A stretch of 64,000 bases of DNA, from positions 992,001 to 1,056,000 of the forward strand of contig CAVTRN010000002.1 in assembly GCA_963737155.1 (NCBI GenBank), read 5' to 3'. The notes beneath the pieces were generated by a model. That model saw only the letters and a list, made by a program, of their open reading frames with translations, was not told where the DNA came from and did no database searches. The position numbers and the translations under genes are program-made. Shown here piece by piece: positions 40,811-51,400 of the stretch. The stretch comes from Nitrospirota bacterium (lineage in GTDB: Bacteria; Nitrospirota; UBA9217). Each line of letters opens with the position of its first letter. Within the stretch, counting starts at the first letter, position 1.

Positions 40811-42052
40811 ATGACGGACAAAAAAGAACATACCACGCCTCTTAAATGTTCCTTTTGCGGCAAGGGGCAGGATGAGGTTAAAAAACTTATCGCAGGGCCT
40901 TCGGTTTTCATTTGTAATGAGTGCGTGGACCTGTGCAACGAAATCATCGCCGAGGAATGGGAGGAGACCAAGGAGGCCAAGATACCCCGGCTCCCGAAGC
41001 CCTCGGAGATAAAGCGCACCCTCGATGAATATGTCATCGGCCAGGAGCGGGCCAAGAAGATACTGTCCGTGGCCGTGCACAACCATTACAAGCGCATCGG
41101 CATCCAGCAGGAAATTGGCGACGAGGTTGAACTTCAAAAAAGCAACATTCTTCTCATTGGTTCGACAGGCGTGGGAAAGACACTCCTCGCCCAGACACTT
41201 GCCCGGATCCTCGACGTGCCTTTCACTATTGCAGACGCTACGACGCTGACTGAGGCCGGCTACGTAGGGGAGGACGTGGAGAATATTATCCTGAAGCTCC
41301 TCCAGAACGCCAATTATGACGTGGAGCGCGCGCAGCGCGGGATCGTGTACATCGACGAAATCGACAAGATTAGCCGAAAATCCGAGAGCCCGTCGATTAC
41401 CCGTGATGTGTCAGGCGAGGGCGTGCAGCAGGCGCTCCTCAAGCTCATTGAAGGAACCATCGCCAGCGTTCCGCCGCAGGGCGGCCGCAAGCATCCGCAC
41501 CAGGAATTCATTCAGGTGGACACGAAGAACATCCTGTTTGTCTGCGGGGGCGCTTTTGTCGGCCTCGATACCATTATCGAACAGCGCGTCGGCCAGAAGA
41601 CCATGGGATTTGGCGCCGATATCCAGAGCAAAAAAGAGAGAAAACTGAGCGAGACGCTTGCCCATCTCCAGCCGGGTGACCTGCTGAAATACGGGCTTAT
41701 ACCGGAATTTATCGGGCGCATGCCGGTGGTAGCGACGCTTGAGGAACTTGACGAACATGCGCTCATCGATATTCTTACGCGGCCCAAGAACGCCCTCGTC
41801 AAGCAGTACCAGAAACTGCTGGGGCTGGAAGGCTGCAAACTGCGCTTCACCGACGATGCGCTTGTCGCGATCGCAAAAAAAGCGATCCTCCGGAAAACGG
41901 GCGCACGCGGATTGCGCGCAATCCTGGAAGACGTGATGCTGAACGTGATGTACGATATTCCGTCCCAGCCGGGCATCCGCGAATGCATCATCAATGGAGA
42001 GGTAATCATCGACGGCGCGGAACCGCTGCTTATTTATGAGAAGATAGCGTAA
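40811..42052 (+). CDS. clpX: Clp protease ATP-binding subunit ClpX
   Basis: CSFCGK zinc-binding domain, [23 protein letters not shown]. Confidence 0.98.
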   Translation: MTDKKEHTTPLKCSFCGKGQDEVKKLIAGPSVFICNECVDLCNEIIAEEWEETKEAKIPRLPKPSEIKRTLDEYVIGQERAKKILSVAVHNHYKRIGIQQEIGDEVELQKSNILLIGSTGVGKTLLAQTLARILDVPFTIADATTLTEAGYVGEDVENIILKLLQNANYDVERAQRGIVYIDEIDKISRKSESPSITRDVSGEGVQQALLKLIEGTIASVPPQGGRKHPHQEFIQVDTKNILFVCGGAFVGLDTIIEQRVGQKTMGFGADIQSKKERKLSETLAHLQPGDLLKYGLIPEFIGRMPVVATLEELDEHALIDILTRPKNALVKQYQKLLGLEGCKLRFTDDALVAIAKKAILRKTGARGLRAILEDVMLNVMYDIPSQPGIRECIINGEVIIDGAEPLLIYEKIA

Positions 42053-42182
42053 AGCTGCAGACAACCAGGCGGCACGTCGCAAACAGCAGACAGTGGCCAG
42101 GAGCGAAAATCATACAGTAGATTTTGCCCTGGCTTTTTTCTTCGTTTCTGATTCCCTACTTTTGACTTTCCTGTATAGACCC

Positions 42183-42767
42183 ATGAAAATTCGTTCAGCC
42201 GAATTCGTTATCAGCGCACCGGGACCGAAGCAGTTTCCCATAGACAAGCGGCCGCAGATCGCCTTTGCTGGCCGCTCGAACGTCGGGAAATCGTCGATCA
42301 TCAACGCCCTGCTTCACGAGAAAAACCTGGTGAAAACGAGCCAGACGCCTGGCAAGACACAGCTGATTAATTTTTTCATTATCAATGCAGACTTCTATTT
42401 CGTCGACCTGCCGGGGTATGGATATGCCCGCGTTCCCCGTGCAGTGACCGATGGCCGGGCTCCCATGGTTGAAGGTTATTTGAAAGACTCACCGGCATTG
42501 CGTGCCGTGGTGGTCCTTCTGGACAGCCGCAGAGAACCAGATGAACGTGACCAGCGGCTTATAGAATGGCTCAGGCAGTATGATATACCGGCGATATTCT
42601 CCCTCACAAAAGCGGACAAACTGAACCGTCAAGAGGCCATTCGCGCGCAGCGTGACATTCAGGCACGCCTGGGACTGAAGGATTTGCCGTTTCTTTCGTC
42701 CTCCAAGAACGGCGAGGGAATGAGCAGCCTCTGGGGCGCGATCGTTAAACACATCGGGAAAGATTGA
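42183..42767 (+). CDS. engB: YihA/YsxC/EngB GTPase
   Basis: GRSNVGKSS, TPGKT, DLPGYG, TKAD; ATG 42183. Confidence 0.95.
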   Translation: MKIRSAEFVISAPGPKQFPIDKRPQIAFAGRSNVGKSSIINALLHEKNLVKTSQTPGKTQLINFFIINADFYFVDLPGYGYARVPRAVTDGRAPMVEGYLKDSPALRAVVVLLDSRREPDERDQRLIEWLRQYDIPAIFSLTKADKLNRQEAIRAQRDIQARLGLKDLPFLSSSKNGEGMSSLWGAIVKHIGKD

Positions 42768-43367
42768 TGTCCCTTTTTCCCTTTGCGTTCTCTGCATTTT
42801 CGCAGGTATTGTCGTTGTATTGCGAAGAATGTCATTGTTCAACGATGCACTCTCATTCTGACTGTTCTATCCGATTTCTGATGGGGGTTTCCATGGAAGT
42901 TCCGAAAGACCTCACTGTTCCCTGCTCTGGGCCACGATGGACGGTTTGATCATCTATGCCGACAGCATCAACGCGGACTCAAAAAAACAATCAAAAGAGC
43001 AAAGTTTCATAAAAGTTATGCTATAATGATTCAATTACGTGCCATTGCATCAACTTCCAGGCGTTAAACCATAATAACGCTAAATGTCTAACACATTAAA
43101 AAATGATAATAAAGTCCCCATGTCCGTGCTTTTCCGCATAGTCCTGAATCTTCAAAGAGTTGCCAATGATGTTAGAATCTGTATTACGGAAAAAGTATTA
43201 AGTATTTGAATCAATATAATAATATTAGAAGTACCGTAAGATGTAGCAGTTGGGAAACCAACAGATTGTTGGAGAACCAGCTTTAATACTGAGCGAAAAC
43301 TCGCATACTAAACTGTATTATTTGGTTTTATATATATAACATATTGATATTATTTAATATTTTGTTA

Positions 43368-43383
43368 TGGCATTTTTTTTGCA
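43368..43383 (+). promoter_or_regulatory. Candidate sigma54 promoter of the first decaheme cytochrome
   Basis: TGGCA-N6-TTGCA with exact GG-N10-GC spacing, about 200 nt upstream of the start in an AT-rich region. Confidence 0.55.
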
Positions 43384-43582
43384 CTAAGTACTAAGGTTTC
43401 AGTAAAATTGATTTATTCGGTCTCGATAATATTTTAAAACGCCAAACTAAATAGCATTAAAACATCTTAAGCTGATATTCCGAAAAAAGGAGGAGAGAAA
43501 TATTGACGTAATTTAGGCAGTTTTATTGTTGATGCGTGTATGCCGTGGTTTTTTAAAAATCTTAAGAAATGGAGGCAACATA

Positions 43583-46180
43583 ATGAAGACACAGTCATAC
43601 TCGAAGTTGTTGTTGTATGTTGTACTATGCTTCACACTGGTTGTCGGACTTGGCCTCATGTCTGGTTGTAAAGGTAGTAACGGTGCGGCTGGTGCGAATG
43701 GCGTCAATGGCACCAACGGAACGAATGGCGTCAATGGAACGAATGGCACCAATGGTGTCAATGGAACGAATGGCACCAATGGCGCGAATGGTATTGGCGC
43801 TTTGACATCTGTGCTAACTTATACCACGGTCATCAATAGCGTTGTTGTCACTTCCGATACCACAAGCGCATCCATGGTTATTAATTTTTCCGTTCAATAT
43901 ATAAACCCCGATACTGGCGCAGTGGGCGGCGAAATTGTTGGTCTCGACGCACCAGATTCAGTCACTGCGACGAATCTAGGTCACCTGCGGTTCAATATGG
44001 TAAAACTTATCCCGGGTCTGGCCACTGCGGGTACTTCCACTGATCTGGCTTCCAATGAGGAGTGGAACAGCTGGTGGGCGGTTGGCTCTTCGGAACGTAC
44101 TGCCGCCCGTTTGACCAACAATGGAAATGGATTGTACACATATACTACGGGAACCATGGCTGTTTCCGGGGCGACGCCAACGTACAATTTCTATGATCCC
44201 AAAGCGTACACCCGCGTCGTGCTGCTGGTGATGCCCAAAGACAATAGCGGCTCAGGCAATTTTGTATCGCCAGTCGCGATTGAGCTGGGTGAAGCCGCGA
44301 AATATGACTTTATCGGGAACAGCGGGACGCTGGTATCTGAAACGACGTCAACGCTTTCTCAAGATGTTGTCCCGACTGCACAATGTCTTAATTGCCATGC
44401 CACATTTGGCGATCCGAGACTTAACCCCTTGGCGTTCCATCCTGATGAAGGCCGCGTAGAGACTTATGCCTGCGTCGTATGCCATGACGAGAGCAACTTC
44501 ACCATGGATATTACGGCTGTCTCGAGCGGAGTTACTTACACATTCCCCTTCGGCGAAGGTGCGCTCGGGACCTGGATCCACAAGATTCATACCGCCCAGG
44601 TAATATCCACCTTCACTACCTTCACCTCGATAGAATATCCGCAGGACATCAGGAACTGCACAACTTGCCATAGCAATGGCGCGGACAGCGCCAACTGGAT
44701 GAACAGGCCGAGTGCAAAGGCATGTCTCTCTTGCCATAATCCGAATTATACACTTGACCCGGTCATTGCCGGTATGGCGGCTTTGACGTCTCCCTCGACA
44801 ACCCACGGTGGCGGTCAAATAGGCCCGATCGGCTCAGGCCTTACCAACGACACTGAGTGCTTTACTTGTCATGGTCCGGATGGTATCGAGCCTGTAGCGA
44901 AACACCACGAGACTGACTTCTCCACAACGCACAACCCCGTAGCGACCGAGCCGACTATTAGTTTTGCGATTAGCGCAATATCCGTGTCGCCTACGACGAG
45001 TGCTCCAACCATCACGTTTACGATTTATGCGGGCTTCCCGCCAGCAGCACTTACGCCTGTAACGCTTAACACCTCAGCCGGGTTTGTAGTGTCTGGTACC
45101 ACCTTTACCGCCACAAACCTTCCAGCCTCAGACCATCCCCAAACGCTGCAATTCTTATTTGCATACGCAGTGCCGCAGGACGGGATCGCGCAGCCGTCCG
45201 ACTGGAACAATCGTGCGGAAAGTTACACCGTCAATCTGTCTAGCTTAGCTAGCGGAACAACGGCAGGTACCCTGACCCATAACGCGGACGGCAGTTATAC
45301 CGCTGTCGTGAGCGCCTCTACGTTCTCGGTTCCTTCAAACGCAACGTTGTTGACGGGCGCATTATGCGGACTTTTTGAAGACGAGACCACCGGCGTGAAC
45401 ATTCCGGGACTGGCGTCCATGGTGACCGCGAAGGGTTACACACCACGGCGTGTCATCATCACTACTGCCAATTGTAATAAGTGCCACGAGCAGCTTGGCG
45501 ACCAAACTCTCGCTCCGTTGACCCCCACCTCAACTGCGGGATACAACATCCACGATGGAGCGTATGATACTCCTACATTAATGTGCGCGATGTGCCATAC
45601 TCCTGACCTGACCGGCAGTAACGGATGGTCCGCATCCTTCAGGGTCTGGTACCACGCCCTTCATGCGGATACCATACGGACTGTGGCGTTCGAAGGCAAC
45701 ACCGAGTTCCCAGCCATAGCGTATCCTGGCGTTCTGAGCAACTGCGAGCAGTGTCATCTGCCAGGCACCTACGACTTCAGCGCTTCTCAATACACACCCA
45801 GTCTTATCGCTAATTTCCTGATGATTACCGATGTGACGGGCACACCCGCAGCAAGCGCACTCAACGCGCCCTATTTTGTGGCGAATGGAGTGAATAATTA
45901 CGGCATCACTGCAGCTGTGACAAACGGCACAGCGACAGACGGAGCTGCCAACCTCGTGAGTTCGCCGATTACCGCAACATGCACGGCCTGCCACGATGCC
46001 AGCGACGCAATTGACCATATGGTGGAGAATGGCGGAGCGTTCTACGTGCCGCGCTCTACGGCATTTACCAATACTCTGTCCACCGTCAACCAGGGTGAGT
46101 CCTGCCTCGTTTGCCATGGTCCCGGCGCTATAGAGTCTATTCAGAGCGCTCACAACCATTTAATAATTCAAAATCAGTAG
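43583..46180 (+). CDS. OmcA/MtrC-family decaheme c-type cytochrome lipoprotein, copy 1 (865 aa)
   Basis: Lipobox LMSGC; 10 CxxCH in 5+5 arrangement separated by a heme-free domain; IHKIH, YPQDIRNC, HM..NGG; GGAGG RBS. Confidence 0.92.
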   Translation: MKTQSYSKLLLYVVLCFTLVVGLGLMSGCKGSNGAAGANGVNGTNGTNGVNGTNGTNGVNGTNGTNGANGIGALTSVLTYTTVINSVVVTSDTTSASMVINFSVQYINPDTGAVGGEIVGLDAPDSVTATNLGHLRFNMVKLIPGLATAGTSTDLASNEEWNSWWAVGSSERTAARLTNNGNGLYTYTTGTMAVSGATPTYNFYDPKAYTRVVLLVMPKDNSGSGNFVSPVAIELGEAAKYDFIGNSGTLVSETTSTLSQDVVPTAQCLNCHATFGDPRLNPLAFHPDEGRVETYACVVCHDESNFTMDITAVSSGVTYTFPFGEGALGTWIHKIHTAQVISTFTTFTSIEYPQDIRNCTTCHSNGADSANWMNRPSAKACLSCHNPNYTLDPVIAGMAALTSPSTTHGGGQIGPIGSGLTNDTECFTCHGPDGIEPVAKHHETDFSTTHNPVATEPTISFAISAISVSPTTSAPTITFTIYAGFPPAALTPVTLNTSAGFVVSGTTFTATNLPASDHPQTLQFLFAYAVPQDGIAQPSDWNNRAESYTVNLSSLASGTTAGTLTHNADGSYTAVVSASTFSVPSNATLLTGALCGLFEDETTGVNIPGLASMVTAKGYTPRRVIITTANCNKCHEQLGDQTLAPLTPTSTAGYNIHDGAYDTPTLMCAMCHTPDLTGSNGWSASFRVWYHALHADTIRTVAFEGNTEFPAIAYPGVLSNCEQCHLPGTYDFSASQYTPSLIANFLMITDVTGTPAASALNAPYFVANGVNNYGITAAVTNGTATDGAANLVSSPITATCTACHDASDAIDHMVENGGAFYVPRSTAFTNTLSTVNQGESCLVCHGPGAIESIQSAHNHLIIQNQ

Positions 46181-46243
46181 GATGAGATCAGGAGAAACCG
46201 CTGAGAGCTTCTGTTAATCTCGGCGAATTGGATCTCAAGATTC

Positions 46244-46276
46244 TGGGCGGGCCCTTCGGGGCCCGCCTATTTTTTC
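46244..46276 (+). terminator. Rho-independent terminator
   Basis: GGGCGGGCCC-TTCG-GGGCCCGCCT plus T-run. Confidence 0.88.
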
Positions 46277-47176
46277 ACGCGGCATGAAAGGCAGACCGGA
46301 AACAAAGGTTTCCCAGTTTCTCGTGCTCGGATATCGTTACTCTGCTTTTGCTATTTTCTATTCGCTGTTACCCGCCTTATTGATGCAGACTGCCCAGGTA
46401 TTCAGTTTAATGCTGTTTGTCCCAGAAGGGATAGTTTGATCTTGCAAATATCTCCTGGGGGCATACTGGGTCCTACCCATCGTCGTCCGACCTAACATCG
46501 TATATATCTATGATGAGTTATCCTCGCTGATCGCGGTGCGCGAGCGCTCACACTGCCCCTGTGCAACAATCTTTGAGGCTGGGTGAGGGGACAGAATCTC
46601 GCAAAGTCTTCCCGGGACTTAATCGCGTCAGAAAGTCTCCCGCGCTAAAAGTCTGCTGAACGATGAAAAGCGTTTGCTGCATTACTCGGAGCGCATATTT
46701 TGTAAATTTTAACGGGCTTGGAATGTCCTTCATTTTGTCCTTGATTCATACCTTTTTTCGCACTATACTTCTTCTGATGTTTAACCATGTGGTTTCACTC
46801 TTGTTTAAAAAAGGTTTAATTTGGACAGTTTTTCATGACCAGGGAGTGGCTGTTCAACAAAGAGTATTCCAATATATTATAAAATAAACTACTATCAGTC
46901 TACCGAGTTGCAACACCGGCAAAATCGTAGACATCTGCGATTTCAGGCGATTATGGACGGCGTTTAAAGAATATCGGAAACTTTTTTCGAAAAATATCTT
47001 GTTATTTATACAAATCAACGACTAATCTCGTCCAAAATAGACGACAACATTGATATCCTGACTGTTTGGAGTTTAATTCGACGTCCTGCGCTCTTGGCGC
47101 AGGGTTATCCCGAATACTAAATAGCAATTTGACGGCCATGGTTTTTTTAATAATCTTAAGAATTGGAGGCAACATA

Positions 47177-49705
47177 ATGAAGACGCAGTCATTCCCTAAA
47201 TTGTTACTGTATGTTGTACTATGCTGCACACTGGTTGTCGTACTTGGCCTCATGGCTGGTTGTAAAGGTAGCAACGGTGCAGCTGGTGCGAGCATCAATG
47301 GTACCAACGGCACGAATGGCACGAATGGCACCAATGGCGTCAACGGCACGAATGGCACGAATGGCACCAATGGCGCGACTGGTATAAACACTTTGACATC
47401 GTTGTTAACTTATACCACGGTTATCCAGAGCGTTGTTTTTACTTCCGACACTACAAGCGCTTCCGCGGTTATTAATTTTTCCATAAATTATGTTGTGGAC
47501 GGCGTACCGACAAGCCAGGCAGTTTTGGGTCTCGACGCTCCAGATACCGCCACTCCAACAAATCTGGGCCACCTACGTATCAATATGGCAAAACTCCTTC
47601 CCGGCGTGCCTGATACTAGTATTGCCAGCACTACGCCGAATACCTGGTGGGCGGTTGGTGCTAGTGAACAGTCTGTCGCCCGTTTGACCAACGATGGGAA
47701 TGGCCTGTACACGTATACGACAGGAACCATGGCGATTTCCGGGCCATCGACGACGTATAATTACTACGATCCAACACAATACACCCGCGTCGTGCTGATG
47801 GTGATGCCCAAAGACCAGAGAGGCACAGGTGTTTCTGTTTCGCCAGTTCAGATTGAGCTGGGCGAAGCCGCGAAATATGATATAACGAACGGGTCATTGG
47901 TTTCCCAGGATGTTGTCCCAACCGCACAATGTCTTAATTGCCATGCGACATTTGGCGATCCGAGACTTAATCCCCTGGCATTCCATCCCGATGAAGGCCG
48001 TGTCGAGACCTATGCCTGCGTCGTATGCCATGACGAGAACAACTTCACCATGGATGTTACGTCTGTTGTAAGCGGAACGACCTTAACATTCCCCTTCGGC
48101 GAAGGGGCACTTGGTTCTTGGATCCACAAGATTCATACCGCTCAGATAATATCCACTTTCCAGACGTTTTCAACGATAGAATATCCGCAGGACATCAGGA
48201 ACTGCACAACTTGCCATAGCGGCGGCGCGGACAGCGCCAACTGGGAGAAGAAACCAAGTGCAAAGGCATGTCTCTCATGCCATAATACGGCGAATACGCT
48301 TTATCCGGAGATAGTAAACTTTGGCGCTTTGACGTCTCCCACGACAACCCATCTGGGCGGACAAATAGTTCCGGTCCCCTACGGCGTTAATTGTGGACCA
48401 AATGGACTTTGCGACGACAGAGGATGCAAGGACTGTCATTCGCCTGAATCGATTGCGGGGAATCATGAGACCGATTTCTCCACAACGCACAACCCCTTAG
48501 CGACGGAGCCGACCCTTAGTTTCGCGATTAGTGCAATATCCGTGTCGCCTACAACGAGTGCTCCAACCATCACGTTTACGATTTATGCGGGCTTTCCGCC
48601 AGCGGCACTTGCGCCGGTAACACTTAACATCTCAGGCGGGTTTGTTGTGTCTGGTACCACCTTTACCACCACAAACCTTCCGGCCTCAGACCATCCTCAA
48701 ACACCGCAAATCCTGTTTGCATACGCAGTGCCGCAGGACGGTATTGCGCAGCCGTCTGACTGGAACAATCGTGCGGAAAGTTACTTCGTCAATCTGAATA
48801 GTTTAACCAGCGGAACAACGTCAGGTACTTTGACCCAGAACGCGAACGGCAGTTATACCGCTGTCGTGAGCGCCGCTACGTTCTCGGTTCCTTCAAACGC
48901 CACGTTGTTAACGGCCGCCTTATGCGGAATTTACGAAGACACGTCCACCGGCGTGAACATTCCGGGACTTGCGTCCATGGTGACCGCGAAGGGTTACACA
49001 CCACGACGTGTAATCGTCGCTGCTGCCAATTGTGATAAGTGCCACGAGCAACTCGGCGCCCCAACGGTCACTTACAACATCCACGAGGGAGCGTATGACA
49101 TTCCAATGTGCGCGATGTGCCACACTCCCAACCTGACCGGCAGTAATGGATGGTCCGCGTCCTTCAGGGTCTGGTACCACGCCCTTCATGCGGATACTAT
49201 ACGGACTGTGGCGTTCGAAGGCAACACTGAGTTTCCAGCCATAGCGTATCCTGGCGTTCTGAGCAACTGCGAGCAGTGTCATCTGCCAGGCACCTATGAC
49301 TTCAGCGCTTCTCAATACACGCCCGGCCTCATCGCTAATTTCCTGATGAATACCGATGTGACGGGCACACCCGCAGCAAGCGCACTCAACGCTCCTTATT
49401 TTGTGGCGAATGGAGTGATTGGTTACGGCATCACCGCAGCCGTGACAAACGGCACAGCCACTGACGGAGCTGCTAACCTCGTGAGTTCGCCGATTACCGC
49501 AACATGCACGGCCTGCCACGATGCCAGCGATGCTATTGACCATATGGTGGAGAATGGCGGATCGTTCTACGTCGCGCGCTCTACGGCATTTACCACTACT
49601 CTGGACACTATCAACCAAGGCGAGTCCTGCCTCGTTTGCCATGGTCCCGGCGCGCTCGTGTCTATTCAGAGCGTTCACAATAATTTAGTAATTCAAAATC
49701 AGTAG
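47177..49705 (+). CDS. OmcA/MtrC-family decaheme c-type cytochrome lipoprotein, copy 2 (842 aa)
   Basis: Lipobox LMAGC; 10 CxxCH; close paralog of copy 1. Confidence 0.92.
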   Translation: MKTQSFPKLLLYVVLCCTLVVVLGLMAGCKGSNGAAGASINGTNGTNGTNGTNGVNGTNGTNGTNGATGINTLTSLLTYTTVIQSVVFTSDTTSASAVINFSINYVVDGVPTSQAVLGLDAPDTATPTNLGHLRINMAKLLPGVPDTSIASTTPNTWWAVGASEQSVARLTNDGNGLYTYTTGTMAISGPSTTYNYYDPTQYTRVVLMVMPKDQRGTGVSVSPVQIELGEAAKYDITNGSLVSQDVVPTAQCLNCHATFGDPRLNPLAFHPDEGRVETYACVVCHDENNFTMDVTSVVSGTTLTFPFGEGALGSWIHKIHTAQIISTFQTFSTIEYPQDIRNCTTCHSGGADSANWEKKPSAKACLSCHNTANTLYPEIVNFGALTSPTTTHLGGQIVPVPYGVNCGPNGLCDDRGCKDCHSPESIAGNHETDFSTTHNPLATEPTLSFAISAISVSPTTSAPTITFTIYAGFPPAALAPVTLNISGGFVVSGTTFTTTNLPASDHPQTPQILFAYAVPQDGIAQPSDWNNRAESYFVNLNSLTSGTTSGTLTQNANGSYTAVVSAATFSVPSNATLLTAALCGIYEDTSTGVNIPGLASMVTAKGYTPRRVIVAAANCDKCHEQLGAPTVTYNIHEGAYDIPMCAMCHTPNLTGSNGWSASFRVWYHALHADTIRTVAFEGNTEFPAIAYPGVLSNCEQCHLPGTYDFSASQYTPGLIANFLMNTDVTGTPAASALNAPYFVANGVIGYGITAAVTNGTATDGAANLVSSPITATCTACHDASDAIDHMVENGGSFYVARSTAFTTTLDTINQGESCLVCHGPGALVSIQSVHNNLVIQNQ

Positions 49706-49767
49706 GATGAGATCGGCAAAAATAGCCGGGAGCTTCTGTAAATCTTGGCGAATTGGATCTTAAAAAT

Positions 49768-49797
49768 ATGGGCGGGCCCTTCGGGGTCCGCCCATTT
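49768..49797 (+). terminator. Rho-independent terminator (group IIC intron target)
   Basis: GGGCGGGCCC-TTCG-GGGTCCGCCC-ATTT, paralogous to 46244-46276, T-run cut by the intron 5' end. Confidence 0.85.
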
Positions 49798-50833
49798 GTG
49801 TGCCGAGCATGTTTGAATGCTTGGAAGTGCTAGTCCTCTTTACCCAGCCTGATGGAGGCGAAATGTTATCGAGTCGTAAGGGCACCATCGTGAGTTGGGT
49901 GCTGAAGGAAGCGTAGAGCAAAACTGCGGCTTGAAGAACAGAAACCTGAGACGAAGCAAACGTGGTCGGACTAGCTGGCTGATGACTGCGAAGTCCGCAT
50001 CCATCAAAGGTGCACAGCGTCAATCTGTCAGGTGTACGGTGAAGGCGGTCGAACTACTTCGGGAGCTCTGGGTTGTTTCTTGAAAACAAAACTGAGGAAA
50101 CCATGAGGGTTCCTGATCCTGACGCAGAAGTCATCAAAGGGCAAGATAGACATGTGTAGTCGTCTTCCTCGATTGGGACAATCGCGCGAAAGGGAAGACA
50201 CGAATGGCCCGGCATGGTGTAAATGTAGCGGCAAATAGGACGCACGACTTATGGATGGTCAAGCGGCAAAAATCCAATTGGAACTGGCCGTTTACGGAGG
50301 CAGAAGGTAGGGATGAAGCCCTATAACGGCCGGAGAAGGGGCCGACCGTCTTCGGCGAAGAGCGCAACGAAACGCCCGGCGACCGAACAACTTAGGGCTG
50401 AGTGTGCGAGCGAGAGAACATAAGTAAGACGTTACGGATGGTCATACGCAATCAGAGGGCCCTTGGCATCGACGGGCACGATTGTTAAGGAGCTGCGGGA
50501 CTATCTGCTTTACCTTGACCCGTCATACGGGAGCAGCTCACAACCGGTCAGCATAAACCCGGGCACGGTTAAGCGCGTGACCACCTCTAGGCCGGATGGC
50601 GGGGAACACAAACTCGGCATATTCACCGCCCTCTACCGATTTATTCAGCAGACGATCCTGTAAGTGCTGCAACCAAAATGGGACAGCACGTTTAGTGACC
50701 AAAGCTGTGTGTTCCATCCCGGACGCTCGGCGTATCGGGCCGTAGACAAGGCGCAAGATAATATTGGCCAAGGCCAGGAATGGACTTGGGAGAAGTTTTT
50801 TTGGCCGAGTCAACCGCGATATGCTGATGAGGG
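49798..50833 (+). mobile_element. Group IIC intron, degenerate and 3'-truncated
   Basis: Starts GTGTGCCGAGCATG directly after a terminator hairpin; followed by a decayed RT ORF; no domain V/VI seen. Confidence 0.8.
50251..50833 (+). pseudogene. Group II intron reverse transcriptase/maturase fragment
   Basis: Frameshifted GIDG, VKRV...PDGGEHKLGI...RFIQQ.IL*VLQP.WD.TFSD...F.PGRSA..AV, EKFF.RVN.D.LM (RT0-3). Confidence 0.85.
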
Positions 50834-50903
50834 CTATAATACATAAAATTATTTAAATTGTTTACAAGATAATCTGCTGCGTACCATCGACATGCTTTTT
50901 CCC

Positions 50904-50932
50904 TTGATTTGTAATAGGATTTTCTGTATAGT
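50904..50932 (+). promoter_or_regulatory. Candidate sigma70 promoter of the porin-cytochrome operon
   Basis: TTGATT-N17-TATAGT with TG extended -10. Confidence 0.45.
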
Positions 50933-51400
50933 AAAGCCGTTTTTTATAACCGTCTTCAATATCTCAAGCGGTAGGAATAGTCCTCACTCCTTAGCCTACG
51001 CCCGGAGGAATAGCAAAGACTGCACCCTTGTATTTATTGTGCTTACATAACAAGAAAGTATTATTATACGAGGCATCGTAATCAGGCTGTAGAGTGCCGC
51101 ATCCAGTTATAAAAATTTTGATTGCCAGTTTACTCACATCATAAAAGGTGATGTGCAACCTGCGTCGTATAAGAAAACTTTTGATTGATATTGCCCGGTG
51201 AGGCAAATAACCACTCAGGGGTTGCAGGTGACACCGCCTCCATGGGGCATACTCAAGCTTCCGACTACGAACTTCATGACTCATCATATGAACGTACGCG
51301 ACAAATGCGGTTGTACGATAAACAGGGTTGGTTGGCGATTGCTCCACAAAAGCAGTACGCAAGCTTTTTGTCCAGCAGTTTTTTGAAGGGAGGATACAAT

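Noticed and set aside
43230-43320. c-di-GMP/cGAMP (GEMM) riboswitch upstream of the cytochromes (ATACTAAAC here, CCGAGTTGC near 46903)
   Set aside because: Only isolated fragments; the GNRA-capped P2 stem and P3 receptor could not be found
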